DNA from: an uncultured bacterium
Lineage (GTDB): Bacteria > Abyssobacteria > SURF-5
DNA length: 18,998 nt
Assembly: GCA_964510165.1 (NCBI GenBank)
Contig: CAZEBC010000063.1
Location: 1 to 18,998, forward strand
Direction: 5' to 3'
How positions within the stretch are numbered: position 1 is the first letter of the stretch; each line of letters begins with the position of its first letter. The translations under genes were made by a program, and so were the position numbers. Shown piece by piece: positions 1-8,140 of the stretch. The notes beneath the pieces are model-generated. The model was given only the letters and a program-made list of their open reading frames with translations. It searched no databases and was not told where the DNA came from.

Positions 1-15
1 GTTTTTCTTAAGGCG

Positions 16-1551
16 ATGAGCGAGATCAATCCACAGATGAAGCGCTGCTACTACTGCGAGCAGGCGGTGAAGGTAACCGTCCACACATGTCCGCATTGCG
101 GGCGCTCGCTTGCAGAATTGGATCAGCAGAAATGGGAGCGGCTGGGACCGACCGCCGATATTGAAACGAACGGCTCGGGCGGGGAAACATCGTTCTCCAG
201 CGAGCGGAAGATTTCACTCATCGTGGGGTCTTCTTGTGTGCTTGCCATGGCGGTCATCGTTGCCGTTGTGGTTCCTCGCTTGTTGTCGAATGGACCCAAA
301 GGGAAAATCGCGAGCGCTCCGAACGCGCCGGGCCCCGAGAAGCTCAGCGCGAAGCAAGCATCGGAAGGCCGTTCATTTATCCGAATACATGAGGATTCCC
401 GGCCTTCGGGCGAAGCCGAGGCACCGGGGAAGAAGCGGGAGCAGGCGCGTACGGAGGCAATACGTCTTCGCAGCGCTCAGATTATGGAACAACTCCGAGA
501 AGAGGAAGCCGTAACGCCGTACACCATAAGCTTGAAATCGGGCCGCGAAATCAACTGCGACATAATCAGCGAGTCGGATGCCCGAATTACTCTCAGGCAC
601 AGGGGATTAACAACTACGCTGGAGCGGGAAGCGGTGGAGCGCATCGAGCACCGGCCGCCAGAGACGGTGGAGCGGGAACTGAAGGAGCTTGCGCTGGCGC
701 GGGCGACAGAGATGGTGGACGATGATTTTCGCGAAAACGGGCAGTACTGGGTTTCGCCGGAGCAAGAGGAACGGACCCAGTCCCGCCAAAGCACGACCAC
801 CTTACAAACAAAATCCGACGAAGACGGCCATACGAAGTCATTAAACAGTCGGACCGACGTTGAGAAGCTCGAATCGCTGCTTTCGCTAGCGCGAGAAATG
901 GGAGTAGTCAGGGCCGATTTTTTCGGGGGAACACTGCGGCTCGAGGATGCGAGCGGCGCGCGTTCTGGCGGCGGTTCGGATAGTGAATCCTTCGTTGCCT
1001 TTGAAGCGGAGGCTCGGCAGATGGACTTGGCGCAGGTTTGCAATTTTCTGGGTCTGCCGGTCCAACTAATCGGGCTATGTAATGCGGATGTCGAGGCGGC
1101 GTTCGATGGAGGGCGCGTAGCGACCTTGAGCGGGAAAGCGGAAATCACCGCCAATGAGGTGGCCATCCCGCCTTTAACGCTTGACGCGCTCATGCTCCCT
1201 CCCAATCAAGCGGCGTTTGTGGCGAAATTGTCGGCGGAAAAAGGGACGCTGGTCATAGAGGGATTGCTGCTTGAAGGGACGACGTACAGTATCTCGGGGA
1301 ACGGCACGGTTCGGTTGCCGGATAAGGTGGAGGAGAGCGTGATCGAAAGTTCGCTTTCGATCAAATTCAACAAGGCGCCAACGGTGACAGACACACGCCT
1401 CGGGGGAAAGGGAGCGCAATACCTTCTGGAGACTATTGTCGCATCAAAGAAGGCAATCCCTGTCAAGCTTTCGGGGCCGGTTTCCAAGCCTGAGATGCTG
1501 ATTGTGTATGATTCGGAGGTCGGGCCGGTTGTATGGAAGTTGGGACAGTGA
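16..1551 (+). CDS. Hypothetical membrane-anchored protein: N-terminal Zn ribbon, one TM helix, small beta domain, C-terminal AsmA/GspN-like beta-rich region
   Basis: 511 aa ORF. CYYC-x10-CPHC near the N-terminus; hydrophobic stretch LIVGSSCVLAMAVIVAVVVP; TISLKSGREINCDIISE..ITL..IE motif; C-terminal alternating amphipathic beta strands (LSGKAEIT, GTLVIEGLLLEG, ISGNGTVRL, IPVKLSGPVSKP). The product call is by resemblance only. Confidence 0.75.
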   Translation: MSEINPQMKRCYYCEQAVKVTVHTCPHCGRSLAELDQQKWERLGPTADIETNGSGGETSFSSERKISLIVGSSCVLAMAVIVAVVVPRLLSNGPKGKIASAPNAPGPEKLSAKQASEGRSFIRIHEDSRPSGEAEAPGKKREQARTEAIRLRSAQIMEQLREEEAVTPYTISLKSGREINCDIISESDARITLRHRGLTTTLEREAVERIEHRPPETVERELKELALARATEMVDDDFRENGQYWVSPEQEERTQSRQSTTTLQTKSDEDGHTKSLNSRTDVEKLESLLSLAREMGVVRADFFGGTLRLEDASGARSGGGSDSESFVAFEAEARQMDLAQVCNFLGLPVQLIGLCNADVEAAFDGGRVATLSGKAEITANEVAIPPLTLDALMLPPNQAAFVAKLSAEKGTLVIEGLLLEGTTYSISGNGTVRLPDKVEESVIESSLSIKFNKAPTVTDTRLGGKGAQYLLETIVASKKAIPVKLSGPVSKPEMLIVYDSEVGPVVWKLGQ

Positions 1552-1562
1552 CCCGCTGGCTG

Positions 1563-1588
1563 GGCGCGCGGCCTGCTGCGCGCCTACA
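1563..1588 (-). repeat. GTAG-type REP-like palindrome
   Basis: ggcgcgcggc-ct-gctgcgcgcc hairpin followed by taca (minus strand TGTAGGCGCGCAGCAGGCCGCGCGCC), just after the stop of the first gene. Confidence 0.55.
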
Positions 1589-1611
1589 AGCGCTTTATAA
1601 GAGGGATGCTC

Positions 1612-1647
1612 CCATATTCGATGGCCATGCTGGGTGGCCAAATATGG
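1612..1647. terminator. Imperfect hairpin between convergent genes (possible terminator or mRNA 3' stabiliser)
   Basis: ccatatt..tggcca-tgctggg-tggcca-aatatgg inverted repeat between the stop codons at 1551 (+) and 1650 (-). No clear U tract. Confidence 0.35.
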
Positions 1648-1649
1648 AA

Positions 1650-4040
1650 TTATTGCTCTAACCCCATCTTCCTCAGAAGATCGGCGCAGCGAGGGTCGGA
1701 GCGGATGGGGTCAAAAGTGCGTTCCACCTTAAGGTAGCGCAGGAAGAAGTCTCGTTTTTCGAACGCACGGGTCAGCCACTCGAATGCAGGGTCTGTCTCG
1801 CCGAGCGCGATATAAAGTCTTGCGATTCCGGAGGGGGGTACGTATCCCTTGTTCGAGCGGGCGATCAGGTCGTTGAGAATCTTGCGGGCCTCATCCTCAT
1901 TGCCCAGCTTGGCGTGCGCGATGCCGATCCATGTTTCCACCACGGGGTTCCACGTTTTCGCGAGGGCTTCCTCCTTCTGAAACTCTGCGAGGGCGTCGCT
2001 GTTCCTCGACATATCGAGACAAGTAAGCCCTTTGTCGAGATGGACATACGCGAAGTTGGGGTCCATCTCGATGGTCTCTTGTATTGCGTCAAGGGCTTTG
2101 TCATACTGGCCAGCATAGTAATAGATATGTCCGACGGTTCTACTGGTGACAAGCGAGAGCGGGTCGAGTTCCTGTGCGAGCGTAATTTGTTGGATGGCCT
2201 CATCGAATCGCCCCATGAAAAGGAGGTCGAATGCATACCATCGGCGAGCGGCCGCGTAGCCGGGGTTCAGCTCGATGGCGCGCCTGCATTCGTCCTCTGC
2301 TCCCTTCCAGTCCCATTCATAATTCATCTTGATCCAAGCGTGTGAGGCGTGCGCCTCGGCGAGGGTCTCATCGATTTCGAGCGCCTTCACGACCGCCTGT
2401 TTCGCCTTCGGATAGGCCTCTTGCGGCGAGAATGCGCTGTAGAGGGGAAGGTTCATGTATGAATCGGCGAGGCCGGTATAGGCAGGGGCATAGTTCGGCG
2501 CTTTTTCTATCGCCCGCTCGAAATATTGGATTGCCTTCTTGAAACCGTCTTCTGTCATCTTGTTCCAGAAGTAGCGGCCTTGCAGATAGGAGTTATAGGC
2601 GTCAAAATCTACTGCCTGCTGTGAGGCGAATCTGGCGCTCTCGTCTCGCAAGAGCTTGATTTTCAGCCGGTCGACTATGGCGAGGGCGATTTCATCCTGG
2701 ACAGCGAAGATATCGGCCATGTCGCGGTCGTATCGCTCGGACCAGAGGTGGTAGCCGTCGGCCACGTTTACAAGCTGTGCGGTTATCCGCAGCCGGTTGC
2801 CCGCTCGCCGGACGCTGCCTTCGAGCACGGCGTCCACATTCAATTTGGCGCCGATGTCACGCACGTCAACCTTCGCGCCTTTGAACGAAAAGGCGGACGT
2901 GCGGGCCACAACCCTCAGGCTGCTGATCTGGCTGAGCGCATTGATGATCTCTTCGGCCAGGCCGTCGCAGAAGTATTCCTGGTCTTTCTCGGGACTCATA
3001 TCAACGAAGGGGAGGACCACGATTGAAGAGAAGGCCCCTTCGTCGGGAGGCGCCACCGCCGGCCTTTGAAGTCTGCGGGTGAAGAACGTCGCTGCGACAA
3101 CGAGACCGACCCCAGCAATGATGATGGCCGCGACCATTGTACGGTCAATACGGGATGATGCCGGGGATTTCGAGAGGACCACGGTTCCCGACGGAACGCG
3201 CTTTCCGCTCCCGCTTGGCGGTCTTTCGGGAACTGTCTGGTAATTCCGGATGTCATCCAGGAATTCGGAAACACTCGCGTATCGCTCCTCCCTGTCCTTC
3301 GCGAGTGCGCGCACCACGACCGTGCTCAAGCCAGGCGGCACGCGGGGGGTTATTTGCGCCACTTCCTCGGGTTCATCGTGGACGATCTTATGAATAAGAG
3401 AGGCGGGATTGGTCGCCACAAAAGGGGCACGGCCAGTCAACACCTCATAAAGGAGGACTCCCAGCGACCAGATGTCGCTGCGGTGGTCAATGGTTTCTCC
3501 GCGCGCCTGTTCCGGCGACATGTACTCGATGGTGCCCATGATGGTGTTGGCGGCTGTGAGCTGCGTGCGACCGGCCAGCTTGGCGAGGCCGAAGTCCATG
3601 ATCTTGGCCTGTCCCCTGCCGCTTATCATGATGTTGTCGCTCTTGATGTCGCGATGAACAATGCCCTTGTCATGTGCCTCGCGAAGGCCTTCGGCGACCT
3701 GAGCAATGATATCAACGGCCTCCTCGAGGCTGAGGGGTCCCCTTTCAATCCTATCTCTCAGGGTTTGTCCTTCGACGTATGCCATCGCGATGAAGGTATG
3801 ACCCTCGGCATCATCAATTTCATAGGTTGTGCAAATGTTCGGATGGTCCAACGAGGCGGCGGCCTGAGCCTCGTAAAGAAATCGGGTCTTCTCTTCATCG
3901 TTGCCCAGACTCCGGCGCGTGAGGAATTTCAGAGCGACAATGCGCTTGAGCTTGAGGTCTTCGGCCTTATAAACGACGCCCATGCCGCCCTCACCGAGCT
4001 TTTCGAGGACCCTATAGTGAGAAATCGTCTTCCCGATCAT
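1650..4040 (-). CDS. Hanks-type Ser/Thr protein kinase with TM segment, TolB-like/FlgO-like domain and TPR repeats
   Basis: Intact kinase motifs GEGGMG, VALK, HRDIKSDN, DFG, YMSPE and DIWSLG; hydrophobic MVAAIIIAGVGLVVAATFF; SIVVLPFVDMS..QEYFCDGLAEEII..LRVVARTSAF motif; multiple TPR-like repeats (AIELNPGYA, AQELDPLS). Start placed at MIGKTISHY (4040); the ORF is open to an ATG at 4106. Confidence 0.95.
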   Translation of the reverse strand: MIGKTISHYRVLEKLGEGGMGVVYKAEDLKLKRIVALKFLTRRSLGNDEEKTRFLYEAQAAASLDHPNICTTYEIDDAEGHTFIAMAYVEGQTLRDRIERGPLSLEEAVDIIAQVAEGLREAHDKGIVHRDIKSDNIMISGRGQAKIMDFGLAKLAGRTQLTAANTIMGTIEYMSPEQARGETIDHRSDIWSLGVLLYEVLTGRAPFVATNPASLIHKIVHDEPEEVAQITPRVPPGLSTVVVRALAKDREERYASVSEFLDDIRNYQTVPERPPSGSGKRVPSGTVVLSKSPASSRIDRTMVAAIIIAGVGLVVAATFFTRRLQRPAVAPPDEGAFSSIVVLPFVDMSPEKDQEYFCDGLAEEIINALSQISSLRVVARTSAFSFKGAKVDVRDIGAKLNVDAVLEGSVRRAGNRLRITAQLVNVADGYHLWSERYDRDMADIFAVQDEIALAIVDRLKIKLLRDESARFASQQAVDFDAYNSYLQGRYFWNKMTEDGFKKAIQYFERAIEKAPNYAPAYTGLADSYMNLPLYSAFSPQEAYPKAKQAVVKALEIDETLAEAHASHAWIKMNYEWDWKGAEDECRRAIELNPGYAAARRWYAFDLLFMGRFDEAIQQITLAQELDPLSLVTSRTVGHIYYYAGQYDKALDAIQETIEMDPNFAYVHLDKGLTCLDMSRNSDALAEFQKEEALAKTWNPVVETWIGIAHAKLGNEDEARKILNDLIARSNKGYVPPSGIARLYIALGETDPAFEWLTRAFEKRDFFLRYLKVERTFDPIRSDPRCADLLRKMGLEQ

Positions 4041-4112
4041 GGAAGTTGGCTCTTGTGATGCGGATATCCTCTCAAGAGGGAAAGACCCCCGGAGAGTCGG
4101 AGTCATGCGGTC

Positions 4113-4141
4113 ATTCTATAGAAAAAGCCGCGACGGGTCAA
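4113..4141 (-). promoter_or_regulatory. sigma70-type promoter for the kinase gene
   Basis: Minus strand TTGACC (4141-4136) - 17 nt - TAGAAT (4118-4113). Confidence 0.65.
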
Positions 4142-4215
4142 ATTCGCGAACCGTCGTTCGACGGCATCCCTTTCGACATGCTGGGACACACGTGCCCCCA
4201 AAAGCAATTTGGCTC

Positions 4216-4923
4216 TTACCAGTGAATCGAGGAGCCGAAGGTGAACAGGTTCGGGAATCGAAACACGTGCTCTTGCAGAACTTGTCCCGTGGCGGCCTGG
4301 AGACAGACCAGACAGCAATTCTCATCGTACAGTTCCTCGGGCGCGCATATTGCGGCGAAGGAGTCGAGCGGCACGGGAGGAAACGAGAGTTCTCGCCTCG
4401 CCTTCTCTTCCTTGAGATAGCGGAGATGTTGGGCGGGAAGACAGAGGGCCACGGGCGCCAGGTCGCCGTAACGGTGGCTGCGATACGGCTTCACGGCGTC
4501 GCCAATGGCCGCCACGAGCGCGGGGCTGTCCAGCCAGTTTTCCGGGATGCGGGGAGGCTCCAACCGAGGACTTTCTTCCGCGTGCATACCATACGTGGCG
4601 GCCACATATTCGATGGGACGCTTTTCGGTTTGCTCCCACGGGATTTCGGCGGTGCGGGTTTTCCCTTCTTGGAGGCGCACCAGATAAAGACGCCTCACGC
4701 CGGTGAGGAAGAAATCAAAATGCCACGCCTCGCATGTGCCATCATCTTGAATCACCGCATTTGAGTCGAAGACTGAAGTGTAAAGGCAACACAGGCAGGC
4801 GTTGTCGGCCTCGGCAGGGTGCGCGTCTCTCAGGCATTCAAGAGCAACCGAGTATGCCTCTCGCGCGGTCAATTGTTTCTTCCCGCCCGATCCCTTTCCG
4901 AACAGATTCTTGAACAGCGGCAT
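4216..4923 (-). CDS. Cys-rich hypothetical protein, possibly tandem PepSY-like folds
   Basis: 235 aa; strong RBS AGGAGGAGG 8 nt before the ATG; TAREAY..A, DG.C.AW.F.F, WLDS and VCLQAATGQVL motifs resemble PepSY-like domains; 10 Cys. Confidence 0.75.
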   Translation of the reverse strand: MPLFKNLFGKGSGGKKQLTAREAYSVALECLRDAHPAEADNACLCCLYTSVFDSNAVIQDDGTCEAWHFDFFLTGVRRLYLVRLQEGKTRTAEIPWEQTEKRPIEYVAATYGMHAEESPRLEPPRIPENWLDSPALVAAIGDAVKPYRSHRYGDLAPVALCLPAQHLRYLKEEKARRELSFPPVPLDSFAAICAPEELYDENCCLVCLQAATGQVLQEHVFRFPNLFTFGSSIHW

Positions 4924-5023
4924 GGTTGGTCCCTCCTCCTTTTCAAGGATTGGAGCGCGCCGATCAGTTCTGACAGAGACATATTTCGTGCTCTACAACC
5001 ACACACAAATGGATTTCTGCTTG

Positions 5024-5055
5024 AAAAAGAAGGGGCAGCCAACCGTGGCCACCCC
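5024..5055 (-). terminator. Intrinsic terminator of the thiolase/DUF35 operon
   Basis: Minus strand GGGGTGGCCA-CGGT-TGGCTGCCCC (10 bp stem, two G-U pairs) followed by TTCTTTTT, about 40 nt after the stop at 5096. Confidence 0.7.
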
Positions 5056-5095
5056 CGCGCTGTGTTTTCCTTGCCCCTTTCTTTTCGGCCTCGGC

Positions 5096-6091
5096 TTACT
5101 TCTTTGACCGCGCGAGCGACCGGGCCATGCGCTCGAGCTTGAAGACGGTCATGAACTCGATGTTCTTGCTGATCCAGAGTTGCGCCTTCATGATGGCCTC
5201 GGTCAGCGAGCCTTCATAGGCGAGGCCTTTCAGAATCGTCTCAGGGTCGCGCGAGACCATCACGAAATCCTGCTTTGCGGTGCCGCCTTTCTTGACGGAC
5301 AGGTCGCCATCGGCAATCGTGAGGACGTACTTGCCGCCGGGCGACTTAACGAGGATTGTTCGTTTCCAACCCTCGATATCCTGTTTGGCGCGTTCGCAGG
5401 CATTCAGTTCGGCGACCACCGCCTTCGTCTTCTGGAACACCTTCTCGAACCGGGCCGCAGCTTTGTCGGTGGCGGCGGGCAGTTTCGGCTCGACTGCGGC
5501 CTCCCAGTCGATTTCGCTTTCCATCAGCGCCTTCTTATCAAGCTGCTGCTTGCTGAGCTCGGCTGCGGGAAGCCCGAAAATATCGGTAATACGACCGATG
5601 CGTTTGTCGCGGAACACGAGCTTCACCTCAGTGTCCTTCTTGAAGATGCCCGGCACGAGAATGCCGGTGGTCGTATAGAGGTTTACGGAGAGCGCCGTAT
5701 CCGCGCCGTCGAGCACCACTCTTCCACGCCCGAAGGGAACCTGCTCCTGGAACAGGCTGTTCGCGAAGTAGGTGATGGGCGGCGTGAAGAGCATCTTGCC
5801 GGTAGTGGCGACTTCGACTTCGGTCATCGGCGCGAAATCGCAGTCGGGGCAACACCACGCCATGGGCGGGACTCGCACGATGCCGCACTTGGTGCATTTG
5901 GCGCCAACAATCTTCTTTTCGTCACGCAAGGCGAGGAAAAAGGGCGTAAGTTCTCCCATGGTTCGCCGGTAAAAGGTGAACATCGCATCATTCAACTCGA
6001 GGTATTCTCTGCCATCGTCTCCCTTGAGGGTTCGTCCGCCCACGGGCGGAATCGCCGCATCAGGAATCACTTTTTGCACTTTTTTCGCCAT
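5096..6091 (-). CDS. DUF35-family Zn-ribbon/OB-fold protein (ChsH2/BbsA-like) fused to a C-terminal SCP2-like lipid-binding domain
   Basis: PFFLALRDEKKIVGAKCTKCG..VPP..CCPDC Zn ribbon followed by an OB-fold pattern (TGKML..T, GRVVLDGADT, VKLVF). The C-terminal ~100 aa (YVLTIADGDLSVKKG..DFVM..E..L.G.L..AIM..QL.I) fits the SCP2 pattern. Start re-set to MAKKVQK at 6091 behind RBS GAGGAGG (331 aa). Confidence 0.85.
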   Translation of the reverse strand: MAKKVQKVIPDAAIPPVGGRTLKGDDGREYLELNDAMFTFYRRTMGELTPFFLALRDEKKIVGAKCTKCGIVRVPPMAWCCPDCDFAPMTEVEVATTGKMLFTPPITYFANSLFQEQVPFGRGRVVLDGADTALSVNLYTTTGILVPGIFKKDTEVKLVFRDKRIGRITDIFGLPAAELSKQQLDKKALMESEIDWEAAVEPKLPAATDKAAARFEKVFQKTKAVVAELNACERAKQDIEGWKRTILVKSPGGKYVLTIADGDLSVKKGGTAKQDFVMVSRDPETILKGLAYEGSLTEAIMKAQLWISKNIEFMTVFKLERMARSLARSKK

Positions 6092-6107
6092 TATCGCTCG
6101 CCTCCTC

Positions 6108-7310
6108 TTACGCGGCTTCGTTTTCGAGCACGAAAGCAACGCCGTACTGCGCAACCGTGCTGCCGGTTCCATGGACCGCCGCCCGCTTGAGCCCCCGCTT
6201 TATCAGTTCCTTTCGGGCCGACCAAGCGGACATGATATTGCTGGCGCCGACGGCATGCCCGCAATATATGAGGCCGCCGGACGGGTTGACGACGATTTTT
6301 CCCCCGGGCATCATGATGCCGTCCTCTACCAGGGAGTCGCAGCGTCCGAGCGGAACAAAACCCATTTCGCCGAGCGTTATCTCGAGCTGGTGGACAAAGG
6401 CATCATGCACCTCGAGTACCTGTATTTCCTCCAGCGGGTTGGTGATGCCTGCCATCTTGTAAGCCATTTTTGCGGCAATGTGGTCGGACATGATGCGGTC
6501 CATCACCTTCTGGCCTTTTCCGGCGAACGAATGCTCATTGGACTCGCCGACACCGGTTATCCAGACTACGGGCACGCCCATATTGCGCGCGATTGCCTTG
6601 GCCTTTTCCTCTTCGGCAATGATCATTGCCGCCGCGCCCTCGGAATAAACGCAGATTTCGAGCTGCTTGAACGGGTGCACGACGACCCGCGAATTCAGGA
6701 CTTCTTCGGGCGTGACCTGGTCATGCTGCCTCTGAGCGAACTCGTTGGTCTTCACCTGCTGGCTCAGGAGGGCGGAAATCTGGGCGGTCACTCCCGGTTT
6801 CAGGTCGTTCGGATGGGTGTCCATATAGGCGAGGACGACTTCGGCGTAAGAATCGGAGGCGGTCCAGCCGATGGGCTGCTCGAAGAAGCTGTCGCCGGAC
6901 CATCCGATGGTCTTGATAACTTCGGGAGTGGCTGACATCGACATGAAATCGAAGCAGTCGGTGGACTTCTCCACGCCAAGGACGAGCATGACGTCGTAGC
7001 GGCCCGCGGCCACATAAGCGTGGGCGGCGGAAAGCGCATAGGCGCCGGTGGCGCCGCCGTTGCTCACGCGGATGCCGAACTTGTTCTGCATCCCGATGAG
7101 ACCCTGAAGCGCGTGCTCAGGTATGCAGGTCCGCTGGAAGATGTCGTTATATATCCCGTAGACGACCGCTTCCACCTCACTCACCGGGATACCGGCATCC
7201 TTAAGGGCATCGCGAGTCGCGTCTTGTGCGAGCGCATAATAGGTCTTTTCCAACCAGCGCCCCTTGAACGGGGTAACGGCTGCCCCTACGATTCCAACCT
7301 TTCTTCCCAT
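6108..7310 (-). CDS. SCP-x-type thiolase-family protein lacking the canonical nucleophilic Cys (probable aldolase-type member)
   Basis: 400 aa; VGIVGAAVTPF, LVLGVEK, SEGAAA, EVHDAF, VNPSGG..GHAVGA thiolase motifs; RVSNGGATG in place of the usual xxxACASG; RBS AGGAGGAG/CAGGAG upstream. Confidence 0.9.
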   Translation of the reverse strand: MGRKVGIVGAAVTPFKGRWLEKTYYALAQDATRDALKDAGIPVSEVEAVVYGIYNDIFQRTCIPEHALQGLIGMQNKFGIRVSNGGATGAYALSAAHAYVAAGRYDVMLVLGVEKSTDCFDFMSMSATPEVIKTIGWSGDSFFEQPIGWTASDSYAEVVLAYMDTHPNDLKPGVTAQISALLSQQVKTNEFAQRQHDQVTPEEVLNSRVVVHPFKQLEICVYSEGAAAMIIAEEEKAKAIARNMGVPVVWITGVGESNEHSFAGKGQKVMDRIMSDHIAAKMAYKMAGITNPLEEIQVLEVHDAFVHQLEITLGEMGFVPLGRCDSLVEDGIMMPGGKIVVNPSGGLIYCGHAVGASNIMSAWSARKELIKRGLKRAAVHGTGSTVAQYGVAFVLENEAA

Positions 7311-7402
7311 CTCCTGACTCCTCCTTTCGGTTCTGCGATACTGCTCTTATTGAGCTTCTTAAAGGTCCTCGTAAATCTTGATTCAGCGACGGCTGCCGTC
7401 TC

Positions 7403-7427
7403 GGGCGAACCGGCAGTTCAACCCTAC
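7403..7427 (-). repeat. GTAG-type REP-like palindrome in the thiolase 5' leader
   Basis: Minus strand GTAGGGTTGAAC-TGCCG-GTTCGCCC imperfect hairpin. Confidence 0.5.
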
Positions 7428-7469
7428 GGCTTTCTCCTGCTTCTCACTACTGGAAGGGGCGTGGCCACT

Positions 7470-7498
7470 ATTCTAACAGAGGCCATTCCCCCAGTCAA
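7470..7498 (-). promoter_or_regulatory. sigma70-type promoter (extended -10) for the thiolase/DUF35 operon
   Basis: Minus strand TTGACT (7498-7493) - 17 nt ending TGT - TAGAAT (7475-7470). Confidence 0.7.
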
Positions 7499-7543
7499 AG
7501 CAAATCGCGATGCGGCCAGCCCCGGGGCTGCGATTGCCAGTCG

Positions 7544-7572
7544 TTGACTTATCCCGGGATTGTGGCTAATAT
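7544..7572 (+). promoter_or_regulatory. sigma70-type promoter for ogt
   Basis: TTGACT (7544-7549) - 17 nt - TAATAT (7567-7572), divergent from the thiolase promoter. Confidence 0.6.
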
Positions 7573-7578
7573 GAGAAT

Positions 7579-8124
7579 ATGAGAAACGACAGAACTCCAA
7601 TAGCCAGCGCGGCGCCGATCTTCCACAATTCGTTCATGTCGCCCATCGGGTTGATTTATGTGGCGCTGGACGACAAGAAGGTGATAGCGCTCAGCTTCAC
7701 CTCGCGGGACGAGCAGGAGTTTCTGTGGGAGATTTCTTTGAAATGGGAACGGCCGCTCCGCCGGTCCGTCAATGCAACGAAGTTGCTCGTTTCCGAACTC
7801 CGCGAGTATTTCGAGGGAACCCGAAGACGCTTCAGTTTTTCCGCCGATTTCTCTCAATGCACCGATTTTCAAAGGAAAGTGCTCCTGAAGACCGCGGCAA
7901 TTCCGTATGGTCAGACACGCACCTACGGTTGGCTGGCGCAGCAGGCCGGCAGCCCCGGCGCGTCCCGCGCGGCCGGCCAGGTGATGGCGCGCAATCCCGT
8001 ACCGATAATCGTTCCGTGCCACCGAGTACTCGGCTCATCGGGCGAACTGCGAGGTTTTGCAGGCGGGCTGAGGGCCCTCGATCTCAAGAGGGCGTTGCTG
8101 GAGATTGAAGGAATTCGAGCATAG
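7579..8124 (+). CDS. ogt: Methylated-DNA--protein-cysteine S-methyltransferase
   Basis: SPIG, L.EYF.G.R..F, T.FQ..V, IPYGQTRTY, RAAGQ, NPVPIIVPCHRV active-site motif, K..LL..E. Confidence 0.96.
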   Translation: MRNDRTPIASAAPIFHNSFMSPIGLIYVALDDKKVIALSFTSRDEQEFLWEISLKWERPLRRSVNATKLLVSELREYFEGTRRRFSFSADFSQCTDFQRKVLLKTAAIPYGQTRTYGWLAQQAGSPGASRAAGQVMARNPVPIIVPCHRVLGSSGELRGFAGGLRALDLKRALLEIEGIRA

Positions 8125-8140
8125 AGGGGGAGGCATCCAG

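Noticed and set aside
3354-4764. + strand ORFs 3354-4058 and 4039-4764
   Set aside because: Antisense to the kinase and to the RBS-supported 235 aa gene; no domain features.
5180-6935. Long + strand ORFs (5180-6190, 336 aa; 5976-6935, 319 aa)
   Set aside because: Antisense shadows of the DUF35 and thiolase genes. They show no recognisable motifs and are expected from GC-rich codon bias.
7311-7463. Riboswitch or ncRNA in the ~150 nt thiolase leader
   Set aside because: The hairpins are present but are explained by a REP-like element; I recognise no riboswitch consensus. An Rfam/Infernal search would settle it.
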